Assembly (NCBI RefSeq): GCF_963921235.1
Contig: NC_086097.1
Span: 168,580,001-168,644,000 of the forward strand
From: Mobula hypostoma
Taxonomy: Eukaryota
Direction of reading: 5' to 3'
DNA: 64,000 bases
Numbering within the stretch: the stretch's first letter is position 1; every line of letters starts with the position of its first letter. The translations under genes were made by a program, and so were the position numbers. Positions 36,245-48,389 of this stretch are shown here, piece after piece. The notes beneath the pieces are model-generated. The model was not told the origin of the DNA and did no database searches. It was given only the letters and a program-made list of their open reading frames with translations.

Positions 36245-37585
36245 CAGGGGTCCCCAACCTTTTTTGCACTGCAGACCGGTTTAATATTGACAATATTCTT
36301 GCGGACTGGCCAACCGGGAGGGGAGGTTGCTAACTTTCTCTCTGTGTTTACCCCAAGAAAGACTACCATGACCATGAAGCCTTGCACGGGCACCTGTGTG
36401 CGCATGCGTGACGTGCTCATACATTACATGCCGATTTTTTTCTACAAATCGTTTTTAGCAATTCTGATCAGTGAAACTACACTATACATACATTATTTCT
36501 ACTATATATAGGCTGTGTATTTATCATATCATTCCTGCTTTTATGATATGTTAGGGTTATTTTAGGTTTTATGTGTTATTTGGTATGATTTAGTAGATTA
36601 TTTTTTGGGTCTGGGAACGCTCAAAAAATTTTCCCATATAAATTAATGGTAATCGCTTCTTCGCTTTACGCCATTTCAGCACGAAAGGTTTCATAGGAAC
36701 GCTCTACCTTAGCGGGGGAAATATGGGACAAAGGCGGTCCCGTATGGGACAAAACCAATTTAGCCCAATATACGGGATGTCCCGGCTAATATGGGACAGT
36801 TGGCAACCCTTTGGCGGGGGGGGGGGGTGTTAATCACGACCAGAATATAGGTGATGTCACTTATAAGTTGCTAATACACTCAATTTCGTTTCTAAAAGGG
36901 TTTATCTAATGAATTTAATATTAAACATACAGCGCATATTTTCCTCGCATGAATATAGTCAATTATAAGTCACTTATAAGTCAATAGCATCACAGCATTT
37001 TAAGTAACATTTGGATATTAAACACATGGCGCATATTTTCCTCGTATGAACATATAAAATCATTGCAACACACCAATATCGCTGAATCAGTGGGAGCCCT
37101 AGGCTTGTTTCCCTGCAACAAGACGGTCCTATCGAGGGGTGATGAGAGACTGCGATACTCGAAGGGGATTCCTTATGTCCAGTCTATTCCGCAATTTTGT
37201 TTTCATTGCATTCATTGCAGAAAACCCCGCTTTGCAGAGATATGTTGGAAATGGAAACAACGTTTTCAGTGCTTTCCTGGCTATCTCAGGATATTCAGCC
37301 TTGACTTTGATCCAGAATGCTGGCAGAGATGTTATGTCAAACATGCTTTTCAGCCCACCGTCATTTGCAAGCTCGAGGAATTGATCTTCTTCCCGCGCTG
37401 ACATGGATGATGCATGAATAATGACCTCGCGTGCGTTCAAGTTCAATAGTGCTTGACAAGGAATGAGGAAAGGTGCAGCTGACTCATATCATTTCATATC
37501 GCCAAATCATATTGTTTCCTTGCAGCCTGGTAGCACATGCTTTGCAGCTGGTACCGGTCCGTGGCCTGGTGGTTGGGGACCACTG
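36245..37585 (-). mobile_element. Non-autonomous hAT (Charlie/Buster-type) DNA transposon
   Basis: TIRs caggggtccccaacc and ggttggggaccactg, perfect 8-bp TSD gactagaa. 37129-37446 encodes FWIKVKAEYPEIARKALKTLFPFPTYLCKAGFSAM...KTKLRNRLD, a hAT dimerisation-domain remnant. Confidence 0.93.
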
Positions 37586-38571
37586 GACTAGAACAACAAG
37601 GGCAGCAGAAGTATGGGGAGTGCCTCCACCTGGAAGTTGCCCTCCAAGCCCCACACCATATTGCTATCATCTCACTGTCACTGGGTCAAAATTCTGCACA
37701 GCTCTCCCTAACAGCAGTGTGGGTGGACCCACACCTCAAGGACTGTAGCAGCTCAAGAAGTTAACTCACCACCACCTTCTCAAGGGCAACATGGGATGGA
37801 CAATTAAATGCTGGCTCAGCCTGTGAAGGGTATATCCCTTGAATGAATAAAAGAAGATAAATTCTACTGGATATTGTTTATTTCTTCACATTTAAAAATT
37901 TATTTTCTTTAGAGTAAAATGTAACAATGGACATTTTCATTGCAGCAGAAATTTGACCAACTATGTCTATGGTTAGTCACCTAGCAACCCTAACATTCCT
38001 GTATCATGGAGACACAGGTTACCACTGCTCCCAGGTTAGGCACTTTGTGGAGTACTGCACTGAACCCGCATCAGTTGTCCCACAGGCACCGATTGTTGGA
38101 GGCTCCTGTGTTCACCAGACATTCTGGATGGGACGCCTCTGAGGGAGGACAATTACCGTTTTCATTCTTCAGGCTAACCCTTGCGCCTGCATGGAATTCA
38201 CTCCACACCACCCTCCCCACCAACAACCACTCGGTTCTCCAATTCCACCCTCAGGGGCTCCAAAGTCCCAAACATTCATGCTGCGATTCTAAATGTGACA
38301 CCATGACAATCTGTCAGTGCTGAGTTCCTATTTGCTGAAGTTAATTTGCTCCATTCTTAGAACTAAATTGGTCTGTATCATTCTTATAACAGGTTGTAGA
38401 GGACCCTGAAGATACACACTTAACATTTCAGGAACAGGTTCTTCCCCTCCAACATCCGAATTCTGAATGGACAATGAACCATGTGCACTACCTCACTTTT
38501 TTTTTGCTCTTTTCTCACTACTTACTTTTATTTATATACGTATAGAGATAGATAGACACACACACACACAC

Positions 38572-39100
38572 GATACTGACGGACTTTTACCGCTGTACCA
38601 TTGAGAGCATACTCACCAACTGCATCTCAGTGTGGGATGGCAATTGTCCCGTATCAGACTGCAAAGCACTCTAGCGTGTGGTGAAAACTGCCCAGCGGAT
38701 TATCGGCACCCAACTGCCCACCATTGAGAACATCTACCATAAATGCTGCCTGGGCAGGGTGAAAAGCATTATCAGGGATGCATCTCACTCTAACCATGGA
38801 CTCTTTACTCTCCTCCCATCCGGTAGGCGCTACAGGAGCCTCCACTCCCGCAGGCACAGGAAGAGCTTTTTCCCAGAGGCTGTGACCCTGCTGAACCTCA
38901 CATCACAGCGCTAAGCAGTATTGCACCCATATTGTACTGTCTCAGTACTTTTATATTTGTGTGCTGTAGCACTGACTTTTTATTCGCAGTTATTTTGTAA
39001 ATAACACTATTCTTTGCATTTCTGGTCAGATGCTAGCTGCATTTCATTGGCTTTGTATCTGTACTCAGCACAATGACAATAAAGTTGAATCTAATCTAAC
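38572..39100 (+). mobile_element. Rex1/Babar-type LINE 3' fragment
   Basis: VKTAQRIIGTQLPTIENIY...LFTLLPSGRRYRS...SFFPEAV. Tail aataaagttgaatctaatcta. Confidence 0.85.
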
Positions 39101-39667
39101 TACATCTTCTTGTAATTTATAGTTTTTAAAATTATGTATTGCAATATACTGCTGCTGCTAAGCAATAAATTTTACAACATACTGCATGCCTGTGATATTA
39201 ACCCTGATTCTGATTCTGAATCCAGGCAGCACAATATAAACCACACCTGTATCCACTCCAAGTCTTCCACATCCTTCCTGTAATGATGCAACCACAATCT
39301 CAATGATATATCGAAGGAATTAAATGAAACAGAGGTACATGCAGAGCATAATCAGTAGAATGGCCTCACTCGTGCAGATATCCAATGTCGGAGCTGTTAA
39401 TAATAGACCTTATTCCACTGGCCTGATAAGACATAGGATCTAGGCCATTCCCATTGAGTCTGATTGCCCACTGACAATCTACTGACAACCAACAACAGCC
39501 ACCCATTATTTTATTTTAAAAAGAGGACATGTTTGTCATGAATGTAAACAGGATAGTGTTGTGTAATGAGAGACTTCTCATGTTTATCCAACAAATGAAA
39601 GTCCATCACATAAGGTAAAAGCTACAATATGTCAAGCAAGAGAGGGTCATTTGAAATGTGGACTCAC

Positions 39668-39898
39668 CATCATCACATGTTTAAAGTTCCTTATCGTGGT
39701 AATTTCTTTCTGTTCGTCCTCTTCGTCCTGACCATCATACCCTTCATCCAGGCTTCCTTCAGCTGTCAGCCCTTCATCCAGGATATTTGTCATGCGGTCT
39801 ATCAAGTGCTCCAGAGGTGGGCTGAGCTCCCGTTCTTCATTGTCCTTCAGGCCCCAGTCCAAGGCCTTATAAACGAGGATTCCCACAGATTCGATCAC
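39668..39898 (-). CDS. spire1: Spire-family (SPIRE1-like) internal exon, KIND domain, 231 nt/77 aa: [36 protein letters not shown]...RNFKHVMM
   Basis: Matches recalled vertebrate SPIRE1 [34 protein letters not shown]. Acceptor cctcatag, donor ATG|gtgagt, phase 0-0. Paralogue assignment uncertain. Confidence 0.95.
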
Positions 39899-42800
39899 CT
39901 ATGAGGATTGGGGGGAAAATCTGGATTAGAAGGGCAACATAAAACACCATTGTGAAGCAAAGCTGATGGGGAAGAGGCAATTTTGAACCTCAGAGTCATA
40001 CAGCACAGAATACAGAAACAGAATTCTTGGCCCAACTGGACCATGGTTCCCATCTATTCTTTTGCCAAGATTTGGCCCATATGCTCAATAAACATTTCCC
40101 ATCCATGTACCTGTCAAGTTCAACCTCAAGTTTAATTGTCAGTAGATCAAACATGAGTACAGCCCAACGAAACACTGCGGCTAAGATGCAAAAACAGTAC
40201 CAACAGTCACACATTGCACAAGGCACATATAAGATAGCAAGCACATATAAATATCAGGAAAATACAGTCACACAAATATTATGCAGTCCAAGACCGAGTA
40301 GTTCATGAATGTTGCAGTAGACTGCAGTTGAACACAATACAGCTTGTCTTCTGCTGAGTGAACACTGGGGGCAGCACAGCACTGACTCCAGTTTACGTGC
40401 TGTGCCGCACCAACTCTGGCGCCTCTCTCTGGCCAGCTGTAAAAACACGACGACTGAGGCCTACTCCTCACCACGACCAAGGCCACACGGCTCCCCTGCC
40501 ACCCGCCCCAAGTACAATTAAAATATTAATATACCTGCCTCAACCACTTCCTCTTGCAACTCATTCCATTTACTGATCATTGTCTAGGAGAAAATATTGC
40601 CCCTCAGGTTCCTATTAAATCTCTCCCCTCTCACCTTAAACCTATGCCTTCCAGTTCCTTATCCCCTAACTCTGTGGAAAAAGATCCCATCTAAACCCCA
40701 CATAACTTTATACACTTCTGCAACTTCAGAATTGGAACCAGGCTTATTATCACTGACATTACTGACTTGTGGTAGCGTACCGTGTAGGCATAACAAATTA
40801 TAAGCTACAGTAACAGTAAATAAAAGTGCAAATGAGGAACAGCGATGTAGTGTTCAGGAGTTCGCGGATCAATATCACCCCTCATTCTCCTATACCTGCT
40901 CAACCTCTCTCCATAGACCCTTGACTCCCAGCAATATTCTCTCAAATCTCCTCTGCACTCTTCCCAGCTTAATGAAAAACCGAACACAGTATGCCAAATG
41001 CAGCCTCGCCAACATCTTGTCCAATTACAAACATAAAATCCCAAGTCCTGTACTCAGTGCCTGGACTGAGAAAAGCTGGCATGCCTGAAGTGTTCTTCAA
41101 CATACTGTCTAGCTGCAACATCACTTGCAATGAACCTTGTCCTTGTACTCCTAGATGCCTCTGTTCTACAACACTCCCCTGGGCTTGGCCATTCACTGTG
41201 AAAGTCCTACCCTCGTTTGTCTTCCCAAATTATAACATCTCATGTTTATCCAAATTAACCTCCTGCCTCTTCCACCATTCCATTAAGATTGTGGCCAATC
41301 TGTTTATTAACTCATCTGCCTGCCTTGGTTTCATAACCCTTAGCTTAATTACAGTTCTAAAATCTGCAATTAACTGTACCCCTTCAGACACTTCACTCCC
41401 CTCACACCCCCCCCCCCTCAGTAGTTTTGGGGAGATTAACATCTCCTTGCACAGGACAAAATGTTCACAACATTTGACCTTGTGTCACTTAGTTCAAAGA
41501 CCTTTTCACCCTGGGATCTCTCATCATATGTCAGATCCAGAATTAATCTGCTACGACCTCAGGTACTGGTTCAGAAACCTGGTATGGGATGCACGCCGTC
41601 TAGTTTCACACCTTGTTTCACTATTGGACCCCTTTTTTCCGTCAGTATGAGTAAACATTTTAGGAAAGTTTAAATCATTTGCAATTCTGCTCGGAAAACT
41701 ACAGTGTGCGATGCATAAACAGAGCATTTTTCCCTCTGATTTTATTTGACACAGTACCATCTCTTGGAGATTCTGACAAAAAATAATACTATGTATATGA
41801 AACAAAAGGGAAGGAAAGCTCAAGGAGGAATCAACACATCCCACCGAGGGATCACGGGCATTAAAAAACAGGAAATGAAGGTGGATGGGTGGTTCTGTGA
41901 TGTGCTGGACTTGTCCACAAGGAATCTAGGAAGTAAAAGACACCATCACTAACAAACTCAGGAGAAAGTTTTACCCAGACAAGAATGCAGATCTCACTCT
42001 CTCTACGGGGTCAGAGGAGTCCAAAGCATTTAAGACATTTAAAGATTTTAAGGCCACTGGATTTATCCAAGAGGTTGCAGAAGATTCATAAGAAAGCTGC
42101 CAGAAATGGAGGGCTTGCCTTATAAGGAGAGGCTGTAGGCCAGGAGAGTTTTCAGTGAAGCAAAGGAATCTGAAGGGTGAGCTTACGGGAGCTATGTAAA
42201 TAAAGTGGATGGTCAGTCTACTTCCCAGGGTGGGGGAAATCAAAAACTATTCAGCATTGTTGCAAGGTGATTTAAGATGAGAGGGGAATGATTTAAAAGG
42301 AGACCAGAGGGGCAAGTTTTTCCACAAAGAGGATGGTGGGTATGTGGAACAACCTGTGAGAGGAAGTGGTAGGGGTGAGTAGAACTAAAATATTTAGAAA
42401 GATATTTTAGCAGGTTCATGATAGGAGAGGTTTAGAGGGATATAGGCCAAAAGGAATTAGCTCAGGACGGCACTGTGGTTGGCACAGATGAGGTAGATGG
42501 AAGGGGTTATTTCTGTATTGTATTACTCAATTACTCTACTACCGATGCTTCATTACATAACACACTGAAGGGTGAATCAACACACTGTATTGCCTGCTAA
42601 GATGTGCATTCCAGTCATTATAGTTAATGTTATTTCTGCGAATTTTCTTGAGGGACTGTGTATCAAAACAGACTGAAGAATGAACGGACTGAAGGGACAA
42701 GCAGATCGTGGTTATTGTGTGTTCACCCTTTCCCCAGGATCCTTGTCAAACTTACTAACATCAGTTATGCAGAATGCAAATGTGTCCTTCCGCCCAACTC

Positions 42801-43779
42801 ATCCATAATTGACCAAGAGACCCACCAACCTGCATTTGGCCCTTATCCCTCCAAACATTTTTTCTCCATGTACCCAAGTATAAGTCTTTTAAACACTGCA
42901 ATAGTTTTATTACCCTGGGACTCCTCTGTAGAGTTTCACATTCTCTATGTTCTCTAGATAAAACTTTGTTCTAAATTCCCTAGTCCTTGACTGCTATTGG
43001 TTATCAACTTCACAGAAAACAACTTCTTACAGGTACGATCATAGGACTGTACTAATTGCATCTGCCACTTTCTTACCAATTCACTGTATCTGTATCCTCC
43101 TGTACAGCTCACTTTCATCACCTGTAACAGATTCACTCATCTGCCAGAGTTTACATTCAAATACTGTGGCAAACAGATATATCAGGCAATGGAATTCATC
43201 ACGACCACAGCCTCCCACAACTCTAGGTAGCTGTTGACTATATTGTTATGCATACATGGGTCATCATCACAAACTCATACCCTTTGCTCATTAATTTTTA
43301 TAGATGCACCATAGAATGCATCCTTCCCAGATACACCACAGCTTAGTTCGACCTGTGATTGCAAGAAACTGCAGGGATTTATGGACACAGATTGGAATAG
43401 CACAGTAACCAGCCTCCCCTCTATGGACACTGTATATACTTCTTAATGCCTCGGTAAAGTAGCCAACATAATCAAAGACCCCACCCAACCTGGACATTCT
43501 CTACTCTCCCTTCAAGCACAAAACACAAAAGCATGAAAGCACGTATCACCAGGCTTAAGGGCAGAGTCTGTTCCATTGAGGCAGGAGGGGCCTTGAATGG
43601 TGCATCTATAAAAGTTGCTAGAAGGTCAAAGAAGTCATGCCAAACTTCTTTAGCCTCTTGAGGATGTTGTGTTTATCTTCAAAGGTGAGCATCTCACCGT
43701 GACACATCTTGCGAGGACACAAATGTATCCCTGCTCTGTTTGATAGAGTGCTATGACAGGAATCAGAATAAGAATTGTA

Positions 43780-45125
43780 AGAAGGTTTAATATCACTGGT
43801 ATATGTCACAAAATTATTGTTATGCAGCAGCAGTACGTTGTAATAGATAGTAATGAAAACTATAAATTACAATGAGTATATACAAATTGTAAATTAAATA
43901 AGTAATGTGAAAAGAGAGGGAAAATTACTGAGGAAGTGTTCATGGGCCCATTGTCCATTCAGAAATTTGATGGTGGAAGGAAAGAAGATGTTTCTGAAAC
44001 ATTGAGTATGTGTCTTCAAGCTTTTGTACCTTCCTCTTTGATGGTAGCCGTGAAAAGAGGGCATGTCCTGGGTGATGGGATCTTTAATGATGGATGCCGC
44101 CTTTTTGAATCCAGTTGATCTGAGACCAGGTGGAGAGCCAGTGAGATTGCATCTGCTGTAAACCTAGTGACAGGCAAATGGCGGTGTGGCCCTTGCTTAA
44201 GCAGGAGTTGTTTCTTGACATTACCAACCCCTCAAAGCACTTCATCACTGTAGATCTGAGTGCCACTGGGCGATAGTCACTGAGGCAGCTCACCCTGCTC
44301 TTCTTAGGCACTGGTATAACCGTCAGCCTTCCGAAACAGGTGGAAACCTCCGACTGCAGCAGTGAGAGACTGAAGATGTCCTTGAACACTACTGCCAGTT
44401 GGTTGGCATATGTTTTCAGAGCCCTCCCAGGTACACCATCAGGGCCTGACAACTTGTGACTGTTCACCCTATTGAAAGATGTTCTGATATCAGCCTCCGA
44501 GACACAGATCACAGGACCACTGGATGCTACCGGAATTCACAGATGTAGTTTTATTTTCCTTTTCAAAGCGAGTATAAAAGGTACTGAGCTCATCATTGCC
44601 ATTCATGATGTTAGATTTCATTCTGTAGAAAGTAATGGCCTGCAAAAAATGCCAGAGCTGGCGTGCATCCGATTGCATTATTAACTGCAATTGAAATGGT
44701 TCTTTTCACTCTTAAGATAGACTTCTGTAGGTTGTACCTGGACTTCCTGTATAGGGATCTCTGGTTTTGAATACCTAAGCAGATTATGAATCTCCTGGTT
44801 TGTCCACAGCTTTTGGTTTGGGTACATCTGGGATTTTTTCCAAAGGCAAACACTCATCCACAGAGGTTTTGATGAAGTTGGTGAAACTGTGGCCTTTTCA
44901 TTCAGACTTGAAGATGAATCCCTGAATATTGTCCAGTCCACTGACTCAAAGCAGCCCTGTAAGCACTTCTCTGTTTCCCTTGACCATACCATCTTGGTGC
45001 AGTGGTCAAGTGTGCTGGCTCCTCTGGTTCCACAGTAGATGCGTTGGTGGTAGTTCAGAGACTTCTTCAAGCTGACCTGGTTGAAATCTCCCGCAATGAT
45101 AGAGAAGGCATCAGTATCATACCTG
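43780..45125 (-). mobile_element. Decayed Rex1/Babar-type LINE with internal deletions
   Basis: IIAGDFNQ and TLDHC (APE endonuclease). SGPDGVPGRALK, DYRPVALRSTVMKCFE. Confidence 0.85.
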
Positions 45126-46780
45126 TCGATTCCTTGCTGGGTGCCATTAAACCTGAACTTGAACATGTTGTTGATGAGGCCGAATTTAGAGTACCGTGTG
45201 CAGTTCTGGTCACCTCTGAACAGGAGAGATATCAGGACCTCCTGCTGCCATGGCATTGGGGTTCAATCTACAAAAGGAGTGTGCCTTTAATGACTGAGCC
45301 TCAATGCCTGTCTCAGATCACTGCACCGCATACTTGCCCTTGATCACACAGTCTACCCTGTCATGGCCCTTGAACCTTATTTGTCCGACTGTACTACGCT
45401 GTCTCTGTAACTGTATTCTGAATTCGGTCATTGTTTTCCTTTCGCTAGTACTTGAATGTTCTTCTGTATGAAATGCTCTGTTTGGGTGGCATACAAAACA
45501 AAGCTTTTCATGCTATTTTGGTACATTTAACAATAATAAACTCATGACCATTTGGAGCCTGGACCAATCAGGGAATGGTACAGATTTGCTTTAGTGAGTG
45601 CTTCTGTGTGTGAACCACCTTAACAATGTGTCAATTTTTTTTGGCCATTTCAGAATTTTTCAGGGGTCCCCATTTAGACAACGACACAAAACATGGTGCT
45701 AGTTTAGGGTCCCCAAAAACAGAGGAAATTCAACATCTCAGCCAATCTGCATAAAGGAAAGACGGAAATGAATAGAGAGAAAAAAATTACAGAAACTTCT
45801 TTTTGTGACATCGCCTTGTGTCTCTACAGTACTGTGTTCACTGTGGTACAGGCAGATCCAGATCCAATTACAAATGTTTACAAAGTATTTGGACAGGTAC
45901 TTAGGTAGGAAAGTAGTAAAGGAATACAGGTCTAATGTGGGAAATGGGATTAGCCTGGATAGTCCACAGTATACATGGACAGATTGGGCTGACAAAGCCT
46001 GTTTCTGCATGTATGACATTATAAGAAGGGTAAATTTATCAGAAGCGAAGAATATATGGAGAATAATTTCAATGCAAACGATATGCTTGAAATGCATTTG
46101 AATCATTTATAACATTGCGATTGTCAGCATTGAATACTCCGCAATTAGTCAATCACCACCACCGTTTCTAGGAATAATTATGTCACAATTTGTAGTCAAC
46201 AACTTTCTAATTGTGAGAGAAAGAACCTGCATTTATTCGAAGTCGTACATGACAACATGCAGAACAATCTAAAGCAGTAAAATGCCAACCACATTACCCT
46301 GGATTTGGAATCACAGGTATATACAGACACATATAAGGTACATGATAAAGTTCCATCTACAAGACAGCTGCCTAAATCTGAAACTCATGTACTGAGGAGA
46401 TCAGTTAGGTGGCAGGTAAAAGTAGGCATCCAGTAGGGGGTATCTAGATGACCTTGTAGGACACAAACACTGGTTTGTCACAAGAGGATTTCTGCTTGGG
46501 TCTCACTTGTCCACTACATTTATCACTAACATAGTTAATGCAAGAGTCAACCAGATACCCAGGTTTTCAATTATACAAAGATTGATGGCATCGTAAATCC
46601 CCGAGATGACAGCTTAAAATTAAATAAAGGGCATTGATGATGGATTAACAGAGTGATTGAATTGGTGGCAGATGGATTTCCAAATATTCCTCCCTCTATC
46701 ATGGAGTGAAGAAGGATGGGCTAGAAATCCCAGAATATTTTGATACTTTCTCCAGTGTTACATGTTTAAAATTGGATTTA

Positions 46781-47087
46781 CGGGGCTGGCTGGTGGCGCA
46801 ATGACATCAGCGCCAAACCTGGGAGCGGAGGTTCCCGCTTCGAAACCAGTCGGGTCTGGTTCCAAGTACGCTTTCCATTCATGCCAGGTTGAGTGTCGAG
46901 ATCTCAACCTGACCTCATAAAATAAAAGGGAAAAATACTGTGAAAATGTCTCTGTGAGTGTGAGGAAAGGCGCGCCACACAGTCTCGCTCTGCGACCTGT
47001 AAAAGCCATGAAAAAGACATCATCACGGACGCACGCAGACGCACATGTACAGACTCGCACGCACGCAGGCACACGCCAAAAAAAAAG
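46781..47087 (+). mobile_element. Young tRNA-derived poly(A)-tailed SINE
   Basis: A box tggcgcaatga, B-box-like gcttcgaaacc, CpG-rich, A tail. Flanking repeat aaaattggattta / aaaatggattta. Confidence 0.8.
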
Positions 47088-47296
47088 AAAATGGATTTAT
47101 GTTCTCCAAAGCAAAATGCAAGGATAACTATTTTCAGATTATTTTGCACCACTCCAGAAACATTAACATGAAGAGGCTTTCAGACAGGAACTGGGATATG
47201 GATCATGTGCAAGCAGAAGAGATTAGTTTAAGTTAGCATTATGTTTGGTGCAGAGATAGTGGGCCGAAGGGCCGGTTTCTATATTGTTCTGTTCTA

Positions 47297-47510
47297 TGCC
47301 GTCTGGCTGGTGGTGTAGTGGCATCAACACTGGACCTCAAGGCGAATGGTCATGAGTTTGAATCCAGACAGGTCCCAAACTGGGAAGCAGTAGTATCTGC
47401 GCAGAAGAAAAGCCTGGTAATCTACTTCTGTATTTTGCCACGAAAACCCTATGGACAACTACGCTATCCAAAGGGTCACCATGAGTCGACGGCATCTCAA
47501 CTGCACTCAC
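47297..47510 (+). mobile_element. tRNA-headed SINE with an RTE-type 3' end
   Basis: A box tggtgtagtgg, B box gagtttgaatcc. Tail tattttgccacgaaaaccctatggaca...ggtcaccatgagtcg resembles RTE/BovB-type 3' ends. Confidence 0.65.
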
Positions 47511-48389
47511 CAATGTGTTATGCACAACCTGCGGTCATGATGGATTTTTTTTTTCAAGACAACTTAGACTAAACTGTCCTGGGGGTCTCAGTTTCCGGTT
47601 ATTCCCATGAAAGTCAGGTACTCCCAATGCAAGACTGGATTGGGATCCATTTTGGGTGGGGCTCCACGTGGACACTCCTCCCAGCTCCATAAACAGCACC
47701 AACCCACTCACCCTCCCTGTACCAAGGTCACACCCAGTACCACATGCCTAATCATCCTGGTCTCAGTGCCCCCCCAGTCCTCCGTTTTCAGTTGCACAGA
47801 ACTTCCCAACAAACTGGTGGCTCTTCCCTCAGCTTTGGGGGGAATGTGGTGCAAAGATGCCTGAATATTACCTGAAGAATAAGTTTTGGGGTTTCCAGTT
47901 TCCAAAATAGTGTGGAAAGGTAGCCAGTATACTTTAGAAGAAATAAAGAAATACAAATAAATACTTAAAATTATGGAAGGGGAGTGTACTGTATTAGCCT
48001 GCATACCACATATAATGCTTATAAAAGTATTAGAAAATTTCACAATGCAAAAAAAATCAAAACAATCCTGAAAAACCAGCTTGTTTATATTACAGATGTC
48101 CTAGTGATAAAACTGGTTCACCTGCCGTGCTTCATCAAATGTCATCAAACAATAGTGTTCACACTTCAGAGAGCAAATGCTTTGCCGAAATGATGAGCAA
48201 GAGTGGAGGAAATTCTGCATTTCCTGACTGACACTGATCCTGGTCTCCCCGCTTCTCCACTTCCCACTTCTCATCCTCATCTTTTAGTGTTTCCATTCCA
48301 CCTCTGTAATTTCCTTCAGCTCTGCTGACCCTCAAATTTCTTTTCCCAGACTTGGGGTCTGACACATAGCAAAGGCGGCTAACAAAGCT

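Larger units (their letters stand above)
35400..37855 (+). mobile_element. Old CR1/L2-group LINE 3' relic hosting Penelope and hAT insertions
   Basis: RMAVVVGGQLSQ...GCVFGLNIFNSFISDFPLVLRSEVGMLADNC is a decayed GVPQGSVLGP...FADD region. Sequence continues after 37593. Confidence 0.65.

Noticed and set aside
37129..37446. ZBED/SCAND3-like host gene
   Set aside because: Only a C-terminal transposase remnant inside TIRs and an 8-bp TSD.
40991..41650. 219-aa plus-strand ORF
   Set aside because: Largely the antisense of a decayed CR1 fragment, so likely a chance open frame.
46782..46856. tRNA gene
   Set aside because: A and B boxes are present but continue into a SINE body with an A tail and TSD. 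No convincing cloverleaf.
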